From contig JAYTXU010000070.1 of the NCBI GenBank assembly GCA_043742785.1, positions 1 to 59,874 of the forward strand: 59,874 nucleotides of DNA, read 5' to 3'. Below are positions 27,701-37,602 of the stretch, piece after piece; the first letter of the stretch is position 1, and the number at the start of each line of letters is the position of its first letter. Made by a program: the position numbers and the translations under genes. The stretch is from Candidatus Omnitrophota bacterium. GTDB taxonomy: Bacteria; Omnitrophota; Gorgyraeia; Zapsychrales; Fredricksoniimonadaceae. Under the pieces are notes generated by a model that was given only the letters and a program-made list of their open reading frames with translations, was not told the DNA's origin and did not search any database.

Positions 27701-29070
27701 ACATTGAATTCCTTGCTAATCTAGTTTATATCATCTCTTCTATCTTGTTTGCTTTTGGCCTTAAACTCTTAGGCTCACCCGTTACTGCCCGCAAAGGAAA
27801 CATCCTTTCAGCCTCAGGTATGTTATTAGCTGTCTTAGCCACCTTAGCTAACGGACATATCATCAGTTTTCAATGGATACTGATTGGAATTATCATCGGA
27901 GGAAGCTTAGGGGCCTTAGTTGCTTTTAAAGCCGCGATGACACAAATGCCAGAGATGATTGCCCTCTTGCACGGATGCGGAGCATTGGCCAGCGTCTTTG
28001 TGGATTGGACCTCCTACGATGTCCACGGAGCAGGTGACCTAACCAACAGCATTACCCTTTATCTATCCATTGTCATTGGTGGCTTAACCTTTACTGGAAG
28101 CGCCATTGCCTGGGGAAAGCTCAGTGAAAGACTTCCTGGAAAAGCTATTCTTTTTACAGGTCAACGATTAGTCAACATTGCATTAATTCTCTCCATCGTA
28201 ATCCTTGGTATTTTATTTATCATCAATCCAGCACAGTACAATGTATTCATAGCTATTTTAATCTTATCCTTATTTTTCGGCATCTTCTTAGTCATCCCCA
28301 TCGGCGGCGCTGACATGCCTGTTGTTATCTCTGTTTTAAACAGCTATTCCGGAGTTGTCGCCTGTACAACCGGTTTTGTTATTCATAACACTCTTCTGAT
28401 CGTTGTCGGTTCTATTGTTGGCGCCAACGGCATTATCCTCAGTATCATTATGTGTAAAGCTATGAACCGTTCAATTACCAATGTTCTTTTTGGAGCCTTT
28501 AATAAAGTTGTTAGAAAAGAAGGTTCCACTGAGAAAAAAGAAGCCAAATCAATTTCTGTCGAGGATGCTTTTCTTATTTTAGAAAATGCCAAATCAGTTG
28601 TGATCATACCTGGATATGGTTTAGCCGTTGCCCAAGCTCAACATGCTGTTCGTGAACTTGGTGAATTCTTAGAAAAAAATGGCTGTGATGTGAAATACGC
28701 CATCCATCCTGTAGCTGGACGTATGCCTGGACATATGAATGTTCTACTCGCGGAAGCCAATATTTCCTATGATCAATTGATGGAAATGGATGCCATCAAT
28801 CCCCTGATGGATTCAGTCGATGTAGCCATTATTATTGGAGCTAATGACGTTGTCAACCCCTCCTCACGACACGATAAATCAAGCCCTATCTACGGCATGC
28901 CCATTATCAACGCCGATAAAGCCAAAACTGTCTTTGTTCTTAAACGTTCTATGGCGACAGGTTTCGCAGGCATTGAAAATGAATTATTTTATAATGAAAA
29001 CACCAGAATGATTTTTGGAGATGCCAAACAAACCGTCCAAGCCCTCGTCGCGGAATTCAAAAGCGCATAA
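27697..29070 (+). CDS. pntB: NAD(P) transhydrogenase beta subunit
   Basis: IGGADMPVVIS.LNSYSG, HPVAGRMPGHMNVLLAEA, GANDVVNP. Confidence 0.96.
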   Translation: MNIEFLANLVYIISSILFAFGLKLLGSPVTARKGNILSASGMLLAVLATLANGHIISFQWILIGIIIGGSLGALVAFKAAMTQMPEMIALLHGCGALASVFVDWTSYDVHGAGDLTNSITLYLSIVIGGLTFTGSAIAWGKLSERLPGKAILFTGQRLVNIALILSIVILGILFIINPAQYNVFIAILILSLFFGIFLVIPIGGADMPVVISVLNSYSGVVACTTGFVIHNTLLIVVGSIVGANGIILSIIMCKAMNRSITNVLFGAFNKVVRKEGSTEKKEAKSISVEDAFLILENAKSVVIIPGYGLAVAQAQHAVRELGEFLEKNGCDVKYAIHPVAGRMPGHMNVLLAEANISYDQLMEMDAINPLMDSVDVAIIIGANDVVNPSSRHDKSSPIYGMPIINADKAKTVFVLKRSMATGFAGIENELFYNENTRMIFGDAKQTVQALVAEFKSA

Positions 29071-29163
29071 ATAGTGACAGGCACTAATTAATTTAAATAG
29101 AAAAGCCTTTAAGAATAATCTTCTTAAAGGCTTTTTCTTTTAATTAGTGCCTGTCACTATTTA
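29068..29163. repeat. Family A REP doublet (REPIN-like) enclosing a hairpin; likely bidirectional terminator
   Basis: 23-bp inverted repeats TAAATAGTGACAGGCACTAATTA around AAAAGCCTTTAAGAA-taatc-TTCTTAAAGGCTTTT, between convergent genes. Confidence 0.9.
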
Positions 29164-29574
29164 TAAAAAAATCTGTTCTGGCATGCGGCTATGAGGAGTC
29201 ATTGCTTCCATCGACTTAATTGTCACAATAGCCAAATAATAATTAGGATCATCCGGTCCAGCAAAGTATTGGCGCAGCATGGGGACATTCTCGAAAACAA
29301 TTTCTTTCTTAGACAAATCATCACTCATCTTTGCTGTTCCAGTCACACGGCAATACCACATCTTACGATCCACAAAACAAATCTCGACCTTAGGGTTACC
29401 TTTAATATCAGCAATCGTTCTAGATCTTCCAAGAAAAGCCACTAACAATTCATTGTCATCGGTTAAATAAGGCATCATAGGACGAACATGAGGCTGATCC
29501 CCCTCTAGAGTTGCAAAAAAACCAAAACCTGCATCACGAACAATATCAATGGCTTCATCTTTAGTCATTATCAT
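29161..29574 (-). CDS. Pyridoxamine 5'-phosphate oxidase-like (FMN split-barrel) protein
   Basis: FFATLEGDQPHVRPM, NPKVEICF, RVTGTA. Confidence 0.8.
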   Translation of the reverse strand: MIMTKDEAIDIVRDAGFGFFATLEGDQPHVRPMMPYLTDDNELLVAFLGRSRTIADIKGNPKVEICFVDRKMWYCRVTGTAKMSDDLSKKEIVFENVPMLRQYFAGPDDPNYYLAIVTIKSMEAMTPHSRMPEQIFL

Positions 29575-30374
29575 TTTCCCTTCTCTATGAATTTATCTGT
29601 TCCTATATATTCTTGATCCTTAATCGATACCATCTGAGCAACAATAGAAATAGCAATCTCCGCTGGTGTTTGAGCCCCAATATCTAATCCCATGGGAATA
29701 TGAATATTTTTTAAATACTTCTGCTCAATTCCTAACTTTTTAAGACGACCAAAAAACTTAACCTTCTTAGGACCGCTGGAAATCACACCAATATAACCCG
29801 CCCTAGATTTAACTACAACTTTAAGACATTCAAAATCAAACTCATTACCTTGAGTAACAATAGCAATATACGTATTAGAATTAATCAACACCTTAGTTAA
29901 TTCTTTTGCATGATCCCCTAAGATGATTTTATCCACATGAGGAAATCGTTTCTTATTAGCAAATTCTTTACGATTATCAATGACCGTTACTTTAAATCCC
30001 ATCATTTTAGCATTTGCTGAAAGAGGTAAAGCAATGTGACCTGCCCCGCAGATAATCAAATGAATCGATGGCGCAAAAGGTTCGATAAACACCTTCATTT
30101 GCCCGCCACAAACCGATTCTCCTTCTCGTCCAAAATAATTGTACGTCACCGTCGTAGGTTTGTGGGATTGAATTGCTTTAAGACATTCGGCAATGGCCGC
30201 TTTTTCATTTCGACCACCACCGATAGTTCCCCAAGAAGATCCATCATTAAAAACAAGCATCTTAGCCCCAGACTTACGGGGCGTACCTTTAAGAGTTGCT
30301 TCAACAATGGTCGCAAAGCAATAATTCTGATTCTTTTGAGAAGCTTCAAATGCTTTGTATAACAAATCATCCAT
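29571..30374 (-). CDS. XdhC/CoxI family molybdoenzyme maturation factor
   Basis: GTPRKSGAKM, GTIGGG, CGG, YIGVISS, PMGLDIGAQTPAEIAISI. Confidence 0.92.
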   Translation of the reverse strand: MDDLLYKAFEASQKNQNYCFATIVEATLKGTPRKSGAKMLVFNDGSSWGTIGGGRNEKAAIAECLKAIQSHKPTTVTYNYFGREGESVCGGQMKVFIEPFAPSIHLIICGAGHIALPLSANAKMMGFKVTVIDNRKEFANKKRFPHVDKIILGDHAKELTKVLINSNTYIAIVTQGNEFDFECLKVVVKSRAGYIGVISSGPKKVKFFGRLKKLGIEQKYLKNIHIPMGLDIGAQTPAEIAISIVAQMVSIKDQEYIGTDKFIEKGK

Positions 30375-30928
30375 TATTTAACGTAAGCTTTAAGAATCTT
30401 CTGCTCTTGAACCGGACGATCTTGAGCACCAACAGAAGTATTTTCAATTTTTGCTACATTCTCATAACCACTGACAACTTCTCCAAAAATCGTGTGATGA
30501 TCATTAAGCCATGGAGTTGGAATTGTTGTTACAAAGAATTGACTGCCATTAGTTCCAGGACCTGAATTGGCCATGGCTAAAAGACCTTTACGGTCAAAAC
30601 GGATTTTATCGCTAAATTCATCATCAAACTTACCACCCCAAAAACTTGCTCCACCCATACCCGTTCCTGTTGGATCACCACCTTGAATCATAAAGTTCTT
30701 AATAACCCTATGAAAAATAAGACCGTTATAATATCCTTTTTTAACTAATCCAATAAAATTTTCGCAAGTTTTAGGAGCAAACTCAGAATATAATTTGATT
30801 TCAACATTTCCTTGATTCGTTTCTAGAACAACTATTTGATTAACCACTGCATTCTCCTTTACTTGTGCGTTTGATAAACTAGACATTGTTAACATTAGAC
30901 TGACCAACAACGATAAAATCTTAACCAT
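30374..30928 (-). CDS. Cyclophilin-type peptidyl-prolyl isomerase with signal peptide
   Basis: APKTCENF, FHRVIKNFMIQGGDPTG, NGSQFF. Confidence 0.93.
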   Translation of the reverse strand: MVKILSLLVSLMLTMSSLSNAQVKENAVVNQIVVLETNQGNVEIKLYSEFAPKTCENFIGLVKKGYYNGLIFHRVIKNFMIQGGDPTGTGMGGASFWGGKFDDEFSDKIRFDRKGLLAMANSGPGTNGSQFFVTTIPTPWLNDHHTIFGEVVSGYENVAKIENTSVGAQDRPVQEQKILKAYVK

Positions 30929-31332
30929 TACTCTTCTCCTATTCTAATTTTAAGTTCTTTGTTTTGATTTCTTAATTTTTGAATTTCCTCTTCAAGCAAT
31001 ATTTGAACTTTCTCAAATTCTGCCCGATGTGATTTCTCAGCAACTATCTGTTTTTGAAATTTCTCAATGAGAACATTTTTTTCAGCTAAAATAGTATCCA
31101 AACGATCAACACTATCATTAAAAGAAGATGTTATTCTTCTCTCAGGTTCTGGATCAGCCAAACCTTCTATAATGATCGGTTGTCTACGAACAGGCTGTAA
31201 TACAAACATCTCTTCTTCATTTGGATTCAAAATTAAATGAGGCCTATACCAAGGCAACCTTTGCGGAGCAAGCAAGGTAAACAAAACAATAAGCATAGCA
31301 ACACTAATAAGTAGAATAAAAAATAGTATCAT
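30928..31332 (-). CDS. Hypothetical membrane-anchored coiled-coil protein
   Basis: N-terminal hydrophobic helix, C-terminal heptads; abuts the cyclophilin gene. Confidence 0.6.
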   Translation of the reverse strand: MILFFILLISVAMLIVLFTLLAPQRLPWYRPHLILNPNEEEMFVLQPVRRQPIIIEGLADPEPERRITSSFNDSVDRLDTILAEKNVLIEKFQKQIVAEKSHRAEFEKVQILLEEEIQKLRNQNKELKIRIGEE

Positions 31333-31362
31333 ATAATAAAATCTTTAATTTATAATGGTTCT

Positions 31363-31947
31363 ATGATTTCTTGCATCCTTTTAACAGCCGGAGAAAGTAA
31401 GCGCTTTGGTTCACCTAAAGCTTTGGCTGATATACAAAATCAGAAAACTATCCAAGTGCTACAAGAAAAGCTGATTCAAAGCTTAATCGATGAAATTATT
31501 ATTGTCACCGGCGCATTTGAAAACTTAATCAACCCTTATGTATTAAACCACAGCAAAGTCCGTGTTGTCCACAATAAAGATTATAAACTTGGACAAACAT
31601 CTTCTTTTCAAACAGGTTTAAATATCGTCGATAAAAATTCAAAAGGGATTATGCTGCTACCCATCGACTGTCCCTTTATTTTAACAACATCCATTGATAC
31701 TCTTATCTGCTATTTTAGAAAGCATGTCCATGATATTCTCATTCCTTCTTATCAAGAAAAAAAAGGGCACCCGCCTATTTTAAACGCGAAACTCAAAAAT
31801 GAAATTCTAAACCTTCCACCAAACAAAGGACTAAACAGCTTGATAAAGCTCTATCAAACAAAAGTCCTTGAAATCAATGACCCTGGAATTATTCAAAGCT
31901 TTAATACAAAAGAAGAATTAGAAAAAATAGTGACAGGCACTAATTAA
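31363..31947 (+). CDS. Molybdenum cofactor cytidylyltransferase (MocA-like)
   Basis: LLTAGESKRFGSPKAL, GQTSS, DCP, GHP; next to xdhC and XDH-family genes. Confidence 0.82.
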   Translation: MISCILLTAGESKRFGSPKALADIQNQKTIQVLQEKLIQSLIDEIIIVTGAFENLINPYVLNHSKVRVVHNKDYKLGQTSSFQTGLNIVDKNSKGIMLLPIDCPFILTTSIDTLICYFRKHVHDILIPSYQEKKGHPPILNAKLKNEILNLPPNKGLNSLIKLYQTKVLEINDPGIIQSFNTKEELEKIVTGTN

Positions 31948-32014
31948 TTAAACAAAAAAGCCCTTAAGATTATTCTTAAAGGCCTTCTCATTTAATTAGT
32001 GCCTGTCACTATTT
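31925..32014. repeat. Family A REP doublet enclosing a hairpin, between convergent genes
   Basis: AAATAGTGACAGGCACTAATTAA ... TTAATTAGTGCCTGTCACTATTT; inner sequence homologous to 29091-29140. Confidence 0.9.
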
Positions 32015-32399
32015 ATTTAAAAACGATAACCTTGGCAGTGTAGGTTGCGCGGATGTATGCATTACCTAATAACTTCTTTGGCCTCACCTTTTTCCAATTT
32101 TCTGTAGCATCACTTTGGACATCAGTAATGGCATCGCCACCTAGAATAGCCGCCTCCTGTTTAAGCTTTGGTAAAGCATCACTCAGGGATTGACGGCGTT
32201 CAGTAGTAACGGTAACTACACCGATTTCTTGGAAAGGCTTATCCACTTTCTCCAAATACTGAACTTCATCAATATTTGTTTTAGGCTGATAATAATCCAT
32301 AGAGGATGAAAGAGAATCTTTAGAATCAATTTGATAAACAGTACAGCCGGTTAAGGCCCCCATTAAGATAAATAATAAAAATATTTTTTTCATAGTCAT
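32013..32399 (-). CDS. Putative lipoprotein (YbjQ-like fold possible)
   Basis: Lipobox LTGC; LKQEAAILGGDAI motif. Confidence 0.65.
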   Translation of the reverse strand: MTMKKIFLLFILMGALTGCTVYQIDSKDSLSSSMDYYQPKTNIDEVQYLEKVDKPFQEIGVVTVTTERRQSLSDALPKLKQEAAILGGDAITDVQSDATENWKKVRPKKLLGNAYIRATYTAKVIVFK

Positions 32400-32416
32400 A
32401 ATTATATCCTTCTCAT

Positions 32417-34774
32417 TTAAACTGACAAGCTTTTTTCTTTCTCTTTTAAAGCTTTAATAATTTTATCAGGCGTTATAGGAAGTTCTTTAATACGAACTCC
32501 TATCGCATCTTCCACAGCATTAGCAATAGCAGCCGAAGTTGGAAGCAAGGATGCCTCCCCCATTCCCTTAGCCCCAAATGGACCTTCAGGATCATTGGTT
32601 TCAACTAAAATCGTATTCATTTTAGGAATACCAATCGAACGAGGCACTCTGTAACCGGCAAACCCTGGATTCAAAACGCGACCATTTTTAAATTTCATAT
32701 CTTCATAAAATGTATAACCTAATCCCATGGCAAGCGATCCTTCAATCTGAGATTCGACAGATTGAGGATTAATCGCCTTTCCTATATCATGAGCATCCCA
32801 AAGTTCTAAAACTTTAATAACACCTGTCTCCTTATCCACTTCAACTTCAGCAATCTGTGCTTCAAAGCCATAGCTTCCAGAAACATTTCCCTCACCGGTA
32901 CGAAAATCGATAGGTGTTGTTTTTGGATTGTAACTGCCGCGGCCGATAATCTGTTTGCCATAATTAAAGGAATAACAAAGCTCAAGAGCCTTATCAAAGG
33001 TCATTAACACCTGCCTACCGGCAGGCAGGCCTTCAGCATACTTCTTTAAAATAACCTTTTCAGATTTAATATCTAAATCATTAATGTTCAAATTATGTTC
33101 TTTAGCAACAATTTCTAAAATTTGCAGCTTGGCATCACGACCACCTAAGAGTGCTGCATTTCCAGAAATAAAGGTCACTCGACTGGCAAAGGATCCTGTA
33201 TCAAAAGGTGTAATCTCGGTGTCTCCAGCCTTGCATTTAATACGACTATAGCTCACACCCAATTCATGCGCTGCAATTTGAGACAAAGCAGTATTTGAAC
33301 CCTGACCTGTATCAGCGGCTCCCGTAAATAAATACACTGAACCATCTTCTTCTACCTTAACAATAGCTCCTGCTGATTCATGAGACTTATACATTTTAGA
33401 ACCCATAACGTCAGCGGCAATACCAATACCAATTCCCCGACAGATATTCTTCTGTTGGCCACGTTTCTCTTTCCAACGAGAAGCTAGACAAGCTTTTTCA
33501 ATACATTCTTTTAAACCATTGGTCGTTAAAACCATTTTATTAACAGTGACCATATTAGGCGTTGTAATATTTTTTAAACGAAATTCAACAGGATCCATTC
33601 CAAGATCCTTGGCAATCATATCCATGTGAGACTCAATCGCAAATCCTGACTGCACTCCGCCAAAACCTCTCATCGCACCACTTATCGGATTATTGGTATA
33701 AACCCTATAACCGGTCATACGAAAATGCTGTAATTTATAAACCATAAAAATACGCATCATGGCTGCCGCTAAAACCGTTGGACCATAACTGCAATAGGCC
33801 CCACCATCAGCTAGAACTTCACCCGTCATAGCCATAATGGTTCCATCCTTTTTAACGCCCGTTTTGACTTTGTAAATCATCCCATGCTTACGACGGGAGG
33901 CAATAAACTCTTCTTCACGCGTATAAACAATTTTTACGGGAGCACCTCCAGCCTTCTTAGATAAAAGACAGGCAGAAAAATCCATAGGAAGCATTTCCAA
34001 CTTACCACCAAATCCGCCACCCGTTGGCATCTTGATCACACGAACATCGTTGAGATCTAATTTTAAAGTCTTTGCTAAAGCTTCACGACATTTAAACGGA
34101 GCCTGACTTGAGGACCACAAGGTTACCTTGTTGGTAAAGGTCTCCCATTGACCTATGCAAACATGTGGTTCCATAGGAACAGGATGCGCCACCGGACACC
34201 AAAATTTATCTTCCCTCACATAATCTGCTTCCTTCATAACTCTTGCAGGATTACCAAAATTGACAGGCAAAATCACCGCCATATTATTAAGCGCTTCATG
34301 AATCATCGGAGCTGTTGGTTTCATCGCTTCTTCAATATCAAAGACAGCCGGTAGAACTTCGTATTTCACATCGATCAGCTTCAAAGCCTGATCAACGGTT
34401 TCCTCATCAATTCCAGCGACGGCAGCGATCTCATCACCAATATAACGAACCTTATCAGCCTCAAGGGCCATTTGATCAACAGTGTGAGGAAAAAAGTATT
34501 CATTAGAACCAAATTTAATTAAATGAGTATCCCGAGCTGTGACGATGGCTTTAATACCTGGCAAGGCTTCGGCTTTAGAAGTATCAATACTGATAATCTT
34601 GGCATGGGCATGAGGAGAACGCAGCATCTTACCAACCAACATATTAGGAAAAGATAAATCAAAAGCATATTTAATCTGACCAGTGACAATCCCTCTTCCC
34701 TCAATACGAGGAACACTTTTTCCAACAGGATCGATATATTGATCTACAAATTTAGAATTCACAGGATTAGCCAT
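32417..34774 (-). CDS. Xanthine dehydrogenase-family molybdopterin-binding large subunit
   Basis: LRSPHAHAKI, GGGFGGK, AMRGFG, GQG, GSFASR, GPFGAKGMGE. Confidence 0.92.
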   Translation of the reverse strand: MANPVNSKFVDQYIDPVGKSVPRIEGRGIVTGQIKYAFDLSFPNMLVGKMLRSPHAHAKIISIDTSKAEALPGIKAIVTARDTHLIKFGSNEYFFPHTVDQMALEADKVRYIGDEIAAVAGIDEETVDQALKLIDVKYEVLPAVFDIEEAMKPTAPMIHEALNNMAVILPVNFGNPARVMKEADYVREDKFWCPVAHPVPMEPHVCIGQWETFTNKVTLWSSSQAPFKCREALAKTLKLDLNDVRVIKMPTGGGFGGKLEMLPMDFSACLLSKKAGGAPVKIVYTREEEFIASRRKHGMIYKVKTGVKKDGTIMAMTGEVLADGGAYCSYGPTVLAAAMMRIFMVYKLQHFRMTGYRVYTNNPISGAMRGFGGVQSGFAIESHMDMIAKDLGMDPVEFRLKNITTPNMVTVNKMVLTTNGLKECIEKACLASRWKEKRGQQKNICRGIGIGIAADVMGSKMYKSHESAGAIVKVEEDGSVYLFTGAADTGQGSNTALSQIAAHELGVSYSRIKCKAGDTEITPFDTGSFASRVTFISGNAALLGGRDAKLQILEIVAKEHNLNINDLDIKSEKVILKKYAEGLPAGRQVLMTFDKALELCYSFNYGKQIIGRGSYNPKTTPIDFRTGEGNVSGSYGFEAQIAEVEVDKETGVIKVLELWDAHDIGKAINPQSVESQIEGSLAMGLGYTFYEDMKFKNGRVLNPGFAGYRVPRSIGIPKMNTILVETNDPEGPFGAKGMGEASLLPTSAAIANAVEDAIGVRIKELPITPDKIIKALKEKEKSLSV
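33010..33029. repeat. Family B palindrome in frame in the Mo subunit gene
   Basis: CCTGCCTACCGGCAGGCAGG (19/20); reads LPAGRQ. Confidence 0.9.
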
Positions 34775-35246
34775 CTAATGACCCTTCCTTCATTTCTAAA
34801 CCCGCCGCCTCAACAGCTTGAGCAATTTTATGATAACTCGCACAACGGCAAATATTACCATCTAAAGCGTATTCAATTTCTGTTTTACTAGGGGTAGGAT
34901 TCTTCTCTAACAAAGCTGTAGAAGACATAATCATCCCAGGAATACAAAAACCGCACTGCACAGAACCATGTTCGATAAAAGCTTTTTGTACCGGATGTAA
35001 GACATCACCAGTTGCTAAACTCTCGATCGTTCTAACACTCTCTCCATCTAAATTAGCAGCCAAGGTAATGCAAGATAACACCGCCTTGCCTTTAATAATC
35101 ACCGTGCAGGCCCCACATTCACTTTCCTGGCAGGAAGTCTTGGTTCCTGTAAGCCCTAATTGATCACGAAGAAGTTCTAATAACGTCTCATTACCCTTGA
35201 TCGTTAATGTTTGGTGTTTTCCATTGATTGTTAATTGGATTTGCAT
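34767..35246 (-). CDS. (2Fe-2S)-binding small subunit (CoxS/XdhC-type)
   Basis: CQESECGACTV, QCGFCIPG, GNICRC. Confidence 0.93.
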   Translation of the reverse strand: MQIQLTINGKHQTLTIKGNETLLELLRDQLGLTGTKTSCQESECGACTVIIKGKAVLSCITLAANLDGESVRTIESLATGDVLHPVQKAFIEHGSVQCGFCIPGMIMSSTALLEKNPTPSKTEIEYALDGNICRCASYHKIAQAVEAAGLEMKEGSLDG

Positions 35247-36079
35247 ATTTCCTCGATCGCCTGTCTTATACAAACCCGAAACATATGCTGCTTATATTCT
35301 GTGCTTCGGGTGTCATAGATAGCACCAGTTAAATGATCCATCGCCAAAGATCCTAATTGAACGCTAGAAATCTTATCATTTAGAAATCCTTCTAAAACAT
35401 AATCTCTTTGAGCAAAAGCAGTACCGCTATTAATAACAACTCTTGTTTGTGTCCATTGATTTCCTTTTAATGAAGTTTTCACACAAACAGTTAATAACGG
35501 CTGATCCACATCAGACATTTTTCGAACACGTCGATACGCCAAACGTGCTTGAGAATCTTTGAGGATAACCGCATGGGTAAATAAATTCTCACTTCTGGCA
35601 TTATTTTTAAAAAAATCTTCAGCGCTCACGACTGAATCCTGACCATCAGGTCCCATAAAATGCATCTGAGCATCTAGAGCAATCATCGCTACAGGCATTT
35701 CTGTCCAAGTATAACGGCATGTTAAATTACCGCCGAAACTAGCCATATTACGAATTGGTGTTGTAGAAATATTACGACAGATCGTATGAAGAATCTGAAA
35801 ATTGTTTTCTAACAGAGGAGATTCAAAAAGCTCAGTAATGGTCGTCATAGCCTTAATCGTCAGGTTTTGACCATCTGTACTAATCCCTTTCAAATTCTCA
35901 ACCTTAGCTAAACTCAAAATATTCTTAGGTGTTTTGGTACCTTTGGTCTTTAGTAATTTTAAACTATTTAAAAGAAAGGTCCCGCCTGCTAAAACCTTAG
36001 AATCTTCCAACTCTTTAAAAAGTTTAGCTGCTTCAGAGATTGTTTTGGGTGTATGAAGTGTTAATGAATTTAATAACAT
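35231..36079 (-). CDS. FAD-binding medium subunit (CoxM-like)
   Basis: LAGGT, IRNMASFGGNL; start set at MLLNS because the longer ORF begins inside a REP. Confidence 0.85.
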   Translation of the reverse strand: MLLNSLTLHTPKTISEAAKLFKELEDSKVLAGGTFLLNSLKLLKTKGTKTPKNILSLAKVENLKGISTDGQNLTIKAMTTITELFESPLLENNFQILHTICRNISTTPIRNMASFGGNLTCRYTWTEMPVAMIALDAQMHFMGPDGQDSVVSAEDFFKNNARSENLFTHAVILKDSQARLAYRRVRKMSDVDQPLLTVCVKTSLKGNQWTQTRVVINSGTAFAQRDYVLEGFLNDKISSVQLGSLAMDHLTGAIYDTRSTEYKQHMFRVCIRQAIEEICKSN

Positions 36080-36100
36080 AACGGGAAAAATTATATCAGG

Positions 36101-36170
36101 ATAAATAGTGACAGGCACTAATTATTTCTACTCGTTATCGTTGGATTAATTAGTGCCTGTCACTATTTAT
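36101..36170. repeat. Family A REP doublet at the 3' end of the RAYT gene
   Basis: Perfect 24-bp inverted repeat ATAAATAGTGACAGGCACTAATTA at 36101-36124 and 36147-36170. Confidence 0.95.
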
Positions 36171-36827
36171 TACCCGCGGCCTTCCTCTTGGCTTGGTTAG
36201 TATATCCCTTCCCAGTATCAATTCCAGATTTATTATAGCTTCCTGCGGACCCACCACCAAACCTCTTAATGTGTTTTCTCTGATTTGTTTTATCTGCTCC
36301 TCATCATCATACTGGCTAATAAAATCCCTCCAATTAATATCTCCCACATAACTGCTGCAATCCGACAATGTAATTATTTTATATTCTGTCCCTAAATGCG
36401 CCCTTGCGCTTGACCAGGAATAATCCCATGGTTGAGCCACCATCCCTGCCCTAACAGGATTCCTTTCAACATATCTTAAAGCGTGACTGATATGATCCCC
36501 ATATAACAGACACGAATAAAATCTCTCCTGCCACAAATGTCCTTGAACCTCTCTTTTCTTATGTAAATAATACGCGTATCTTTGGTGGCATCTGCACATT
36601 GTTTCAGCTAAAGAATGCGCATGTAATGGCTTAACAATGAAATGAACATGATTATCCATTAAACAAAAAGCAAATAGCTCAAGTCCATATTTATTCTTAT
36701 ATTCTTCAAAAAGCTTCAGATAATGAACCCTGTCAAAATCATCTTCGAATATACACTGTTTATAATTACCTCTTTGTGTAACATGAAATAACTCTCCCGT
36801 AACAATAATTCGTCCTTGTCTTGGCAT
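36150..36827 (-). mobile_element. REP-associated tyrosine transposase (RAYT; IS200/IS605-like Y1 HUH)
   Basis: HVTQRGN, CLMDNHVHF (HUH), LWQERF, YVERNPVRAG, YSWSS; REPs on both sides. Confidence 0.92.
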
Positions 36828-36907
36828 AACAATAATCCTTATTTTAGGGGAGTTTAATTACGGTTTACTCTTTTTCACGAACTGGGGAAGCTCGCTTACA
36901 ACAAGAA

Positions 36908-36931
36908 TAATTAGTGCCTGTCACTATTTAT
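36908..36931. repeat. Family A REP singlet upstream of the RAYT gene
   Basis: TAATTAGTGCCTGTCACTATTTAT, identical to 36147-36170. Confidence 0.93.
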
Positions 36932-37602
36932 AATAATCTAATAACTTCTGACGGTAATCGCTTAAGTTCTTGGGTCCCTAAAACCTTAATGGCCCAACGT
37001 AAAATAAAAATCTTCTGTTTTAATTTCTCATCAGGTTCTTGTATATTATTTAATCGGTTGCGATTCAAGAAGAAGATTTTTCTCAATGTATTAAAAACAA
37101 TTCTAGCCTCACGGGTACGATCGTCATCCTTGATAACATCTTGAATATTATCATAAGCTAAAGCCCTCACCACCGCGTTGTAGTGGTCTAACTTTTGAAT
37201 CAAATGCGGTACCATGGATTCAAAATATTGGTAATGGTCTAATACAACCAACGAATGAAAAATCTCTACCTGCACAAAAGGCGAATCCGTACGATTAAGC
37301 CTGCGTAAAAGAATTTTCAATGCTCTTGATTTCTCCGTTGAAAGAAGTTCTCCACCATATCTTTGTTTAAATACTCGAACAGCGGCTGCGCATTTGTAAG
37401 GACCTATCGAATCATCCGCAATCATTGCCAATAATACATCCTTGCCTTCCTCAGAAAATTTATCAGTGTAACCGTTTATCAAAGCTCGATCATCAAAAAT
37501 AGCCTCAGAACCAAGATCAATCCCCTCAACAGGAGCACCTTGAGCCCAACTAGATATCAAACCACAAGTAAATAGGAATAATAATAAAGAAGTTTTTATC
37601 AT
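36928..37602 (-). CDS. Hypothetical secreted alpha-helical protein
   Basis: Signal-peptide-like N-terminus; start overlaps the nadC stop. Confidence 0.65.
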   Translation of the reverse strand: MIKTSLLLFLFTCGLISSWAQGAPVEGIDLGSEAIFDDRALINGYTDKFSEEGKDVLLAMIADDSIGPYKCAAAVRVFKQRYGGELLSTEKSRALKILLRRLNRTDSPFVQVEIFHSLVVLDHYQYFESMVPHLIQKLDHYNAVVRALAYDNIQDVIKDDDRTREARIVFNTLRKIFFLNRNRLNNIQEPDEKLKQKIFILRWAIKVLGTQELKRLPSEVIRLL

